Under the pieces are notes generated by a model. It saw only the letters and a program-made list of their open reading frames with translations, was not told the origin of the DNA and searched no databases. Position numbers and translations under genes: made by a program. A stretch of DNA of 63,956 bases, filler included, from Octopus bimaculoides (taxonomy: Eukaryota), in assembly GCF_001194135.2 (NCBI RefSeq). It is 5 parts of 5 records of this genome, joined end to end, with 100 filler letters (N's around TTAATTAATTAA, not from the genome) between each part and the next. Parts side by side here need not be neighbours in the genome. Positions count along the whole stretch, not along the records: positions 22,946 to 37,295 come from NC_069001.1; 4 more parts are not named here. One strand, given 5' to 3'. Positions 24,306 to 36,282 of the stretch are shown one piece after another. How positions within the stretch are numbered: the stretch's first letter is position 1; every line of letters begins with the position of its first letter.

Positions 24306-26359
24306 CTAATAACTTTGAAAAGGTTGCAAGACGCAAGAGATTGTTTGAATTTACGATCAAGAGGTGAGTTTTTATCTTACTGAGACAGCCGGTGGTTTCA
24401 TGTTTCTCATTTTGAATAGTTTAAGAACCGGAGGCGCCTACCTCTGTGAGTAAGGGTTGATTCGAGTGAAAGTAATGAAAAAACATCGTACAATTTAAAT
24501 GAACTAAAGTTTATAAACAAAAGTAACTTGAAGGAAGCCCACGAACAAGTTGTGTGAGAGAGAGAGATTGTACATAAACAACAATTTTAATCCCAAACAC
24601 ATTGTACACTTATAACCAAAATTGTCTTGTCAAATTGTTTGCAGTTATAGTTATATGAAAATGATCGAATAATTAAAGAAGAAACTATTTTACTTTATTA
24701 GAGATTAGTTTAAAAGCTGCACTCTGTGCGAACTTTTGCATTGCCTGTTGCAGTTTCTCGATTGTTTACGATTACACGATTGTTTACAATTTACAGTTAC
24801 ACGACTGTTTACAATGAAATAATATTCTGTGTGAATGTATCTTGAGTGAAGTATCATTTCTGGTTGGAACCTCCAGGTTTCCTGTCCTGAAATTGCCTGG
24901 CTAAGAGTTCATACGGTTGAAGGAACAATACCGGACACCTTGTAAGTATGTTATGGTACCAACCAGCATGTTACAGAGGGTGTTTAAGAACTCAAAGGTG
25001 CATAAAACGGCAGACCCATACAACTGTGTCCCCTGCTTTGTTCCCTGTTAACTTCCAGAAAAATGGCTCTCTTTCTAAAGAAATTTTCTAGAAATACATC
25101 TCAGGTAGTGTACATTACGATTATATCAAAAGTTAATGTGGAAATAAAGAATTCACGAAATTACCCACATATATACTGACACACATAACATATCCACAAA
25201 ATGGAACTTGAAATTTTGATAAGAAATTGGGATGTGTCTCAGTATATATGTGAGCGCTACCTCTATTTTTTTCACATTAAATTCCGATATAGTCGTAATG
25301 AATGCTATCTGAGAGGTATTTGTGGAATATTTCGTTAAGAGATATCTATTTTTTCTGAAAGTTATGAGGAAACAATTGTGTGGAGGGCACACTTGTGAGG
25401 GTCTGCTCTAAATATCCCCACAGACACCAAAAAACAAGGTGAAGATGACTCTGACTTCACTCTAGTCTTCAGGTATCCGGGTACGTCCCCTGACGCACAC
25501 ATTCCCTAGCCTCTAATCACCGCGAAAGGTTGAAAGAGACTGAATATTATTAGAAACGAAGGTCTTGGAGAAAACGTTTCCTATATTGTGACGTCATAAT
25601 GACAATATGAAGAGATATAGAAATCTCTGGAATGGACGAGAAATTCTTGAATGAATTTCATATAAAGACGTTAACGCGCACGCACACAATAGCACACACA
25701 CTTGTACACAAACAAATATTTACATATATAATGTATGCATTTACATTAATGTGTGTCAGTATATTTGTGTGTGTATACACATTTGTGTGTGTGTGTGCGT
25801 ACCTACCTATCTGTCTATCAACATATACAGACTGGACATAATGCTTTGCAGCATTTCGTCTGTTTTCATATTCAAAGTTCAAATTCCACCAACGTCGACT
25901 TTGCTTTCCATCCATTGTGGGGCGATAAAATAAGTACCAGTTGAGCACTGGGATCTATGTAATGGACTTACCCCTCCCCGAAATTACTGGCCTTGTGTAA
26001 AAATTTGAAATCAATATATGTAGACATAAAAGCAATGAGCTGGCAGGATGGTTAGCATGCTGGGAAAAATGGCCTAATGACATTTTTCTTTTGTTTTTAC
26101 CTTCTGAGTTCAAATGCTGCTGGGGTTGATGTCTTTAATCCTTTCAGGGTCAATAAAATAAGTAGCAGTTGAACACTGAAGTCGAGGTCATCGTGTTTCC
26201 CCCTCCACCGAAATTTCTGGCCTTGAGCCAAAATTTGAAACCAATATATACAGGTATATGTGTTTATGTGGGTGGATTATTTGTGTATGTAGATCTTCAC
26301 TTGTCTTCTTCACCCATTAAATTCCTGAAAGGGTTATGGGGGCAGAGTCCCTAAGCTTG

Positions 26360-27950
26360 TCATCCATCAGTTCCTGTCAGAAGCAAGTGTCTCCAATTCA
26401 ACCTGCTGGAACCCCAAAAGAGACCAACTGAGCAGATGGATGTTATCCAAGCAGTTTGCTCATGATATACCACTGGGATTCGTGCCAGGCTTCTTTTTCT
26501 TTTGTTTTTGCCCATAAAACTTGTCCATTGATGCTTTCCTGAGGCATTCATATCACATTTCGATAGTATCAGAGCTCTGATCCCCAGATTCGGAGAAGTA
26601 GAGGCTCCACTTGGAACACATCTCTGATGCCCAGGCTACGCACTCAATAGGGTAATGTCTCTCCAAAAACTATCCGAAAGGACCCCATTTTGGCCCTTGT
26701 ATTTGCAATCATATTCTTTCTATTATTACCTAAGAGGATCAAAACTGCTCCCACTTATTCTACGTCTTCCATGTAATTGAAGCTACAAAAATAGGTATCT
26801 TTTATTGCCATTAATGTGTATTACACTGAGCATCACAAAGGTTCGCTGTATTTGATTATAGGAGATTTTCACTTATTTGTAATCAAGAAAGATCGTGACA
26901 ATAATTGATTACACAGCAGCACTATAAACGACAAGGTTACATGTTAGTGTGCTGAGAAGTGCGACTGCTGCTGCCCATATTATATTTGTTATGGCTGTAG
27001 AAGTACTTCAATGTCACTGTTATAATGAATACCAGAACAGAAAAAGAAGACAAAAACCTCAGACTGATTGATCCACCGTATAGGAGCTGACACGGGATGT
27101 GGTTTCACCTGATGATGTCCTTTTGTCACTGGAGCATACAAAAGGAGCTGTTGAGGCAGCGGACCATGAAACATGGTTGAAATTCCTCATAGCCTTGCAA
27201 GGTTATCTTTAATTATAAGGAGTTGCATGCTCCCTCTTATATCGCAAGGTTATCTTAAGATATGAGAAGGAGCTGTACGCTCAAAAGCTGTGCTCTCTGG
27301 TGTCCCACACAAAACATGCTCTGTGGCAAGACAAAGTTTTAAACCATTCTGTTCGTATGAGAGTGCAAGAGATTGTCAAAGTTGTTGAAAATCCCTCTGG
27401 AGTGCATAGTACCTTCTAACTCATTGCGTATCAATGTGAGATGTTTGTCATGCAGCATTTCTTGTAACCCATATGGAGGGTATGTTTTCTTTTTTACTTT
27501 CTATATATACCACTTGATGCACCATGGTCGGTGGCTGTAGAGAGAAAGATTACTTGATTCTTCTATGTCTCATTTAAAGGTACAGTAAATGCTTCGTTTA
27601 TTATTTGGCTGTCTAGGCTTAGATAGCTGCCAGTTGGTGTATTTTGCCTGTTCTTAACAAGTGGTAACATGACCATACCCGTCGGTGCTAACTAGGTGCT
27701 TTAAGTCATTCAGCCAGACCAGCAAATGTGTGGTCTGTTTTGAACCAACACTTGGCTATAAATAAGGATTTTCTTTTGAGATAGTCAGAGAGGAGAGAGT
27801 TGTCACCAAAGATATTTAATGCCATGCTTTGTGTTGATCCCACACACATCACCATGTACATACCGCATGAGGAGCCAATGTATTTTTGTTAACAGAATTA
27901 TTCATACATTAGGAACACAAGCACCATTATATTCTTTCTTTTTTGTTAGT
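26360..27950 (-). mobile_element. Highly decayed LINE, probably RTE clade
   Basis: Fragmentary minus-strand motifs ESKKENIP, VVYSAAV and ELETLASDR in the order expected for RT followed by the C-terminus; many frameshifts. Confidence 0.4.
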
Positions 27951-28099
27951 TTCATCACGTAGCATCTCACATTTTGAAATACTTGCAATTTGTATTTTTA
28001 CTGCTTATGTTTGTATCCCTTGATATATTTCGGAAATTAAACATTTTAATATACAAAATATACTTCACGTTATTACATATACTATACGCTAATGCAAAA

Positions 28100-28582
28100 A
28101 ATATTGTGTTTATTGACTATCTTCAAAATGATCACAGCATCAATGGAAAGTTCAATGCCAACTTGCTAAGGTAATTACGAAAGACTAACAAGACCAAGTG
28201 ACCAGAAAAACTGATGAATGAAGTCGTTTCATTTGGACAATGCTTCAGCACACAAGTCCTTGGTTTCAATGGCTGCTGCGTGTGACTGGCTTGAACTGGT
28301 TGATCACCCTCCCTATGTCAGGGATTTGGCTCCATCTGAATATCATCTGTTTCCCAACATGAAAAACACTCGGCTGGGCACCAGTATCGATGTGAAGAAG
28401 ATGTCTTATCTGTTGTCGATGACTATTTTGACCATCAAGTTAGCTTCTTCACCTGTGCAATCCAGGCACTGCAGCTACTGATGGAAGTGTGTGGACAGTA
28501 AGATATTAAAAAATGAACTTCATTTAGTCACATTCCATGAAAGTGTCTTGCTCAGCCTATGAGCATTTCAGTCGACCCTCAT
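28100..28582 (+). mobile_element. Mariner transposase pseudogene (catalytic half) plus 3' TIR
   Basis: FIDYLQ..SING; FHLDNASAH; HPPYVRDLAPSEYHLFPNMK (variant of mariner HPPYSPDLAPSDY); ends cagcctatgagcatttcagtcgaccctcata; related TIR fragment at ~33940-33990. Confidence 0.85.
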
Positions 28583-28589
28583 AATAATA

Positions 28590-30130
28590 AAAATTATTAT
28601 TACAATTGCATTTGTTCAATGTTAACATAGAAAGAAACCCACTGTATCCTTAAAAAATTTGAACCTGGGTTTGCACCACCTAAGCAAATTTTGTTCCTGG
28701 GACACTGCTCCCCGCCCACCTTCTCTCTTAACACAAAAATGCCCAGGGGTATAATATTCCTTAGATTAATAGATAAGCATTTTGCTAGCTCCCATAGGTA
28801 CAGGCCCATTTTCAACAGGCACAACATTAGAGTCTCATTTAGCTGTGCCCTCAATATTAAAAGCATCCTAGGTTGCACCCCTAGGCCACAGGAAGAGGCA
28901 GGATGTTCGTGCAGGGACTGCAATAGATGCCCAGTGGGAGGCCACTGCAAAACCATAGGGATCGTCTATGAAGCTGAAGTACTAGCAAACCCTGGCAATA
29001 CCACCACTAGAAACAGTAGCAGCTATAGACACAAGACGGAACCAGCAACATGGCCACCATTGCCACTGTTAACAACATTAGCAACAATAGCATTAACAGC
29101 ACCAGTGACAGCATTGGTATTTCATCTGTCGGCTTTAGCAGCAGTAACAACAACACTAACGACAATAGCAACATTGCCAACAGCACCAGCTTTACCAACA
29201 GCTTCCCTAACGTCCACAGCAGCAGACCTGACAACCACTATAGCAGCAGCAACAGGACCAGCAATAACGGCAATAATGTTAGCAATGACAACAGCAATAG
29301 TGGCCCTAGAAGAAACACCAGTGAAACCACAGCTAATGATACTTCTAGCAGCAATGGCAACTCTCCCACCAATGACAAGGCCCACAATAACAACAACAAC
29401 ACCTTCACCGTAGCAGGCAGTTGTGACACCATTACTGATGCCACTACCACCTCCTGTAACGCCATCACCAGCAGTCCCAGCTCCAACAACAACAATGTTG
29501 GTGGCTGCAGCAACAGCAACAACACCTGCAGGTACAGCACCGACAACACACGCCCACAGAGATTCATTGGATGTTCCAGGAACTCTTTCAAGCTACGTTG
29601 CTCCAGCCACACATCTTCCTTCAAAGTTCCAGAAAGGCGATATGTAACATCATTGGCCAGCCACGTCTGGCAACTAAGAAACAATGGGATTCCATACGCG
29701 ATCACATGGAAAATCTTTGAGAACCCAGACCCCTCCATCAGTGGGATGAACCGTTGCAGGTTATGCATAGCTGAATGCACGAGAATCCTAAAAGATTAAC
29801 TCAAACCTGGGAACAGCCTTAACACCAGAATGGAGATTTTTGGGCCCTGTTTACATTTCAGGTTTTTTCTGCTAGCTCTTAGGAGCCCACAAGATGGCAG
29901 CACAGCTGGAAGTCAATAGCCGATAGCAAAGGGAGATAATCCCCAATTGTCAGCTTTAAGTACTGAGGCAATTTCCCCCTCCATATTTTTAAGAGGTCAT
30001 AGCCCAACAGGTATTGGGGATCTGATGATTCATCATAAAGCTAAACCCTTTATGGATGGGAAGCCTAAAGTAATCCCATAGACCAGCCTTTCTCATTTTT
30101 AACACACACAATCACACATATATTTACACA
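28590..30130 (+). mobile_element. 5'-truncated Penelope-like retroelement (Naiad-like): RT-EN linker, GIY-YIG endonuclease, pLTR
   Basis: IFLRLIDKHF..SHRYRPIFNRHNIRVSFSC; CSCRDCNRCPVGGHC; IVYEAEV; FIGCSRNSFKLRCSSHTSSF; SLASHVWQL; ITWKI; RCRLCIAE; after TAA 29797-29799 LNTRMEIFGPCLHFRFFLL to TAG 29919; one frameshift between 29029 and 29413. Confidence 0.85.
30017..30077 (+). ncRNA. Type I hammerhead ribozyme motif, copy 1
   Basis: GGGAT-CTGATGA-stem II (cataaag/ctttatg)-GAAG(A>G)-cct..aag-TA-ATCCC. Confidence 0.75.
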
Positions 30131-30822
30131 CACACACACATATATATAGAGAGATAGATAGATAGATAGATAGATATACATATATACTGTATATATTGTA
30201 TATATCAGTAATAATAATAAGGTTAGTGAGAAGAAATTAGAACTAAAGAACAGTTCCTTAGTTTATTTATGTACAGGTATAGGAAGTCTTTCGAATTACC
30301 AAGGAAATGAAGTGGAATGAAATAAAGTAAAATAAAGTAAAATAGAATGAAAGCAGAACATTTACATTATTACACTTAATAATCATTTATCTAGGGCTGG
30401 AAAATCCTTGCACCTCTACTGAAGGGAAGAAGTTGAATTTAAACATTGAATCTCTTTCCTTCTATAGAGACATAAGCATTTTCAAGTGTTTGATGAAAGA
30501 TTCTAAATATTCTACTTTATTCTGTTCTATTTATTTTAGTTTATTTCATTCCATTTCATTTCCTTGGAAAATCTGGAGATTTTCTGTACATTCATATAAA
30601 TTAACTAAGGAACAATTCCTTTAGCTCTTCCAGTTAACATTATTATCATTATTATTGTTGTTACTACCAATATGCTATTCTATACACTGCCAAAAACGTT
30701 TTACTGCTCTCTCTCTCTTTCTCTCATACATACACACATACATACATACATATATACAAAAGAAGAAACACACTCTTAAGATGTAGAGCAGTTTATATAA
30801 AAAATGGGGTAGGCTGGTTTAT

Positions 30823-30884
30823 GGGATTACCTTCGATTTCCTGTCCATAAAGGGTTTACCTTTATGGTGTATCATCAGAATCTC
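30823..30884 (-). ncRNA. Type I hammerhead ribozyme motif, copy 2 (core intact)
   Basis: Minus strand gagatt-CTGATGA-ccataaagg/cctttatgg stem-GAAA-tcgaag-GTA-ATCCC. Confidence 0.75.
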
Positions 30885-30965
30885 AAAAAACCTGTTAGCC
30901 CATGACAAGTTAAAATGGCATTTCTCCCTCCATATTTTTAAGAGGTCATGGGCCAACAGGTTTTT

Positions 30966-31026
30966 GGGATTTGATGATACGCCATAAAGCTAAACCCTTT
31001 ATGGACAGGAAACCTAAGGTAATCTC
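30966..31026 (+). ncRNA. Type I hammerhead ribozyme motif, copy 3
   Basis: GGGAT-TTGATGA(C>T)-stem II-GAAA-CCT a AGG-TA-ATCTC. Confidence 0.75.
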
Positions 31027-31444
31027 AAACTGGCCTTCCCTATTTTTAATATATATATATATATATATACATATACACACACACATATAAATACATGGGC
31101 ATACATATGTATGTACATACTTACACACACACGTGTGTGTAAGTATATTTACATATATGCAGTTATTAGTATGTATCTGTATATATGTGTATGTATGCAC
31201 GAATATGTATATGCATATGTGTGTGTGTATACATATATATAAGCATATTCTTCTACTCTTTTATTTGTTTCAGTCATTTGACTGCGGTCATGCTGGAGCA
31301 CCGCTTTTAGTTGAACAAATTGACCCTAGGACTTATTCTGTGTAAGCCTAGTACTTATTTTATTGGTCTCTTTTGCTGAACTGCTATGTTACAGGGATGC
31401 GAACTCACCAACATTGGTTGTCAAGCGATACACAAACATATATA

Positions 31445-31945
31445 CATCATCATCAACGTTTAACGTCCGTTTTCCATGCTGGCATGGGTTGGACAGTTCA
31501 ACTGGGGTCTGGGAAGCCAGGAGGCTGCACCAGGCATCAATCTGCTCCAGCAGTATTTCTACAGCTGGATGCCCTTACTAATGCCAACCATTCCGAGAGT
31601 GTAGTGGGTGTTTTTTACATGCCACTGGCACAAGGGGCCACAGGAGCTGACATGAATCACGATTGGATAGTACTTTTTACGTGCCACTGGCACGGAAACC
31701 AGTCAAGACGACGCTGGCATCGGACACATTCAGATGGTGCTTTTTACATGCTACGGGCACAGGGCTAACAGCTACAATTTCCATTTGATTTGATTTTGAT
31801 ATTGCTGATGTTGATGTACTTGACTCAATAGGTCTCTTCAAGCATGGCGTATTGCCCTACGATACAAGGTACTTGTGAGTGGGCTGGTTGTGCGACACTG
31901 GTGTAGGTTACAACTGTGGACTCACTTTATTTGCTGGGTTTTCTC
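31445..31945 (-). mobile_element. RTE-type 3' UTR/tail fragment
   Basis: (cat)n followed by the reverse complement of the RTE tail (aacgtttaacgtccgttttccatgc); similar short tails at ~280-360, 5905-6010, 7020-7155, 33160-33400, 56960-57125 and 62440-62690. Confidence 0.6.
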
Positions 31946-32125
31946 GGGCTTCCTTCAGTTTCTGTCTACCAAATCCATCCACAAGGTTTTAATCGACCTG
32001 AGGCTATAGTAGAAGACACTTGCCCAAGGTGCCACACAGTGGGACTGAACCCAGAACCATGTGGTTGGTAAATAAGCTACTTACTACACAACTACTCCTG
32101 CACCTATATCTACTTCAAATCTATC

Positions 32126-32161
<36 letters not shown>

Positions 32162-32509
32162 TCCATATATAAAAATCTATCTATATATATATATAAATAT
32201 CTCTTTGTTTGTCTGTCTGTCTGTCTCTCTCTCTCTATACATATATATTTTTTATTTTATTTTATTTTATCTAGTTTCAGCTCATGCTGGGGCACTACCA
32301 TATATTTATTTATTTATTTATTGCCCACAAGGGGCTAAATATAGAGGGGACTGACAAAGGGTTTAAGTCGATTACATCGACCCCAGTGCTTTACTTATTT
32401 AATTGACCCCAAAAGGCAAAGTCAATCTCGGCTGAATTTGAACTCAGAATGTAGCGGCAGACGAAACAGTGCTACGCATTTCGGCCGCACATATATGTAT
32501 GTATGTATG

Positions 32510-32549
<40 letters not shown>

Positions 32550-35075
32550 CATGAATTTCTCTCAGTGAATCAGTATTCAGTGTGTACATATCCATAACTA
32601 CTTTATCAACTTCACTGCCAAAATGATTTTAAAAATCATCTTATAACAATTCAGATAATAAATTTGAAACTCCACACTTAGATTCCTTTAAATTTATCAT
32701 CTGTGTCTCAATAGCTCCCTGCTGATACACTTAATATCTATATACATACATATATATATATAAGTGAGACTCATACATGTATATCATTGTATGCTTGTTA
32801 CTTTTCCAGTAATATAAAGTTATAATTATAAACACCATCATCATAGGCATCATAATTATTATCATCATCATTGTTATTCATCATCATCACCATCATCATT
32901 ATTATTATTATTATTATCATTATTATTATTGCTGTTGTTGTTGTTGTTGTCAGCATCATCGTATAGGCAATTTAAATTTTGACAACTGGAAAATAGATAT
33001 AAAAATCTATTTTGCTCAGGTTTGATGATCTCAGACAGAAAGTATTTTCTTTATGATTTTGGCAATGCCAAACGTGTCATATTTCTATTAGATGATGCTT
33101 ATGTAAAGTTTTGTTTATCAATTCAGCATTTCATATCTCATATTATATATCATCGTCTTCATCATCATCATTTAATATCCATTTTCCAAGCTGGCCTGGG
33201 TTAGATAGTTCTGATAGGAGCTGGCAAGCCAGAGCCTATGCTGGGCCCTAATGTCTACTTTAGCATGGTTTCTACAGCTGCCCTTTTTATTTTTCACAGA
33301 TGCTTGTTCCTAATGTCAACCACTCTATAGAAAGTACAAGGTGCTTTTTACATGGCAACCACACTAGTGAGGTCACCATGTAACTTGAAAGGTGAAGACC
33401 CTCCCCTCAAATAAGAGGAGGGGTATTACTGAAGGAAGTAGCTTTGCGCCAAGTAAAGAGAGGTTAAAGTATCATAGGGGGATAGAAACAAGTGTCTTGC
33501 TGTAGAGGGGATACACGACTACCCCAGTCAGAAAAGAGAGGAGAGAGACAGAGAGAAAGGAAGAATAAAATTGAGCAAGAAGGTAGTGGTGGAGATATGT
33601 TGGGGTGTATATGTATGTGTATATATATATCTATCTATCTGTCTGTCTGTCTGTCTATCTATCTATGTTTTATATATATATATATAAAATTATTATTATT
33701 ATTATCATTATTGAGTGAGAAAGCAATGCATGCCATCAAAGTGACACTGGGGTAACATGTACGAAGCCCAATATACCCATCATGACTATCCATCTGATAA
33801 GGGTACACCAGGCACATGCATCACAACCATATGTGTGCGACATGGTGATCTCATATGAAGATAAACAGCGCATGACCTCACAGGTGGGGCCCAGTTAGAA
33901 TTTTCTTCAGGTTGAGTAGCCCATCCATCTCAAAAGGTCCCTGAAAAATAAACCTCATTTGGTCACATTCCATGACAGCATCTTGTTCAGCCTACAAACT
34001 TTTCAGCGGATTTGTGTGTGTATTTATATAAAACTATTTATTTAAGTAAAAAGTAAAATAAAATAAAATGTGGAAGAAACAGTATCACTGCAAGTTGTGT
34101 CATAGTAAGTAATTTGTGATCATGTAAAGTTATAACAATCTGTAGTTTTATGAAAATAGTTTATATAGGTTTTCTATTCCACCTCTGTCCACCCTATCAT
34201 CAGGATTGCTGTGCAACTGAATGCCCTTCTTGCCCACGATCTTTATAATTTGAGTATATATGGGAACTCAACTCAGGACTTGTTTTGTACATATTACAAC
34301 TCATTAGTGAGACAGACTTCACTATATTTGGTGGAAAATTGATGATAGAATCACAAATTAGATGTTTAATGATTGTATGTAAATAGACATAAAAAGTTAG
34401 TACTTTAAATGAAAAATCATCAATGTTAATTACTCAGAAATGCATTCTTCTTGCAAAACAATAGTGAAGTTAATGTTAACATATTTAATGCAGTGATCAC
34501 AAAATAATCTAATTAGAAATACTTATGTGGTGAAGAAAAGCCAAAATTAGCTTCATGATTAATATCATTTTAATTATTGCAGCAACTCTGGACTTATTTC
34601 AGTCATATTAAATTTCCTCCAGACAATATAAGATCACTGCTACAGATAATTATGTGACATGATTGCTGAGCAAAATAACTGGTGTGATTTGACCTCATGG
34701 TATTTTGGTCATTATTCTAGATAACAGGAAGAGCAAAAAGTAGTGTTTAATGAAATGTATGTGTACGATTATATTTAATGTGTTTGTGCACGCTTGAAAA
34801 TATGTTTGTGTGAAGGTAGTCCAAAGCAAAAATTCTCCTCATTGACAATATGTATGATAATGCATCATTGTGCTCTGAAGGACATCTCACCAAATTGTAT
34901 GATGCATGCATTTCTGCATTGTTGCACTTCATCAGGTATGAATATTGAATCAGTTGTTAAAAACCTTATAAGAATGGTTGTTCTTATATAAATGAAAAGC
35001 AAATAGTACAACTCCAGTCTGTCCAAAGTCTTATGAGTGGATTTGGTAAAGGAATATTGAAAGAAACCCATCATG

Positions 35076-35877
35076 TGTATGTGTGACCAAGTCAGCAGTG
35101 AGGGGTGGATGCTCTGAGAGCATAGCTACTAGAATAAGAAAAGGCTGTGCAAGGTTCAGAGAGCTCCTACCTGTGTTGGTAAGTAAGGGCCTCTCCCTTA
35201 GAGTGAAAGGCAGATTGTATGATGCTTGTGTGCGAACAGCCATGCTACACGCAGTGAAACATAGGCTGTGACTGCCAAGAACATGCATAGGCTTTAAAGA
35301 AATGAAACTAATATGCTTCACTGGAGGTGCAATGTCAGTGTGCTTGTACGATAGAATTTAAGTGTCTTGAGGGAAAAGCTGGGCAAAAGAGGCTCAGATG
35401 TAGTGTGCAAGAAAGACAACTGCATTGATATGGTCATGTGATGCATATGGATGAGGACAGCTGTGTAAAGAAGTACAGATTTCTAATTGTGGAGGGAACC
35501 TGTAGGAGAGGTAGACCAGGAAGACATAGGATGAGGTGGTGAAGTATGATCTGTGAATGTTGGGCCTTATGAAGGCAATGACCAGTGACCGAGACCTTTG
35601 GCAATATGCTGTGCTTCAGAAAACTTGTGATGCCAAGTTAAATAGTCATTGTAGCTGTTGCCAGTGTCAAGTAAATGGCACCTGTGCCAGTGACATATAA
35701 AAACACCCATTACACTCTTAGAGTGGTTGGCATTAGGAAGGACATCTAGCCGTAGAAACCATGCCAAATCAGACTGGAACATGGTGCAGCTCCTTGGCTT
35801 ACGAGCCCTGGTCAAACTGTTTAACCCATGTCAGCAAGGAAAGTGGATGCTAAATGTTGATGATGATGATGATGATA
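35076..35877 (+). mobile_element. Decayed RTE-clade LINE 3' fragment, same family as 1191-2230
   Basis: GGCSESIATRIRKGCARFRELLPVLVSKGLSLRVKGRLYDACVRTAMLH; same 3' UTR and (GAT)n tail. Confidence 0.85.
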
Positions 35878-36237
35878 TTTATATATATATACACACACAT
35901 TTATATATATATATATATACATATATCTGTGTGTGTGTCCTTGTGACTCCACCACCATTTGACAACTGGTGTTGGTTTATTTACATTCTTGTAACTTAGC
36001 AGTTCAGCATAAGAAACTGACAGAGTAAGTCTTGGATTTAAAAAAAAACAAATAAATCCTGGAGTTGATTTGTTCAAATAAAATGTTTAAAGGCAGTGCC
36101 CCAGTATGGTCACAGTCCAATGACTGAAACAAGTGAAAAACAAAAGATAAATAGAATTTAAACATAAAAACAAGGTATCTGTAAAGTCATTGCTTTTATC
36201 TAATTCTCTTTTGTTTTGTTTTCTTTTTGTTTCCTAG

Positions 36238-36282
36238 GAATGGAGTTTCAAATTTATAGAAAATTATAAAGTATTGGAAATG
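36238..36282 (+). CDS. Candidate exon (45 nt, phase 0-0): EWSFKFIENYKVLEM
   Basis: Long pyrimidine tract ending ttcctAG; ATG|GTAGTA donor. Confidence 0.55.

Noticed and set aside
28691-29799. Two overlapping 240-249 aa ORFs as an independent mucin-like host gene
   Set aside because: Both ends carry Penelope RT-linker and GIY-YIG motifs, and a pLTR follows; this is a frameshifted retroelement ORF
29797-29799. Selenocysteine read-through in the PLE endonuclease
   Set aside because: The in-frame stop is TAA, not TGA, so it is an ordinary nonsense mutation
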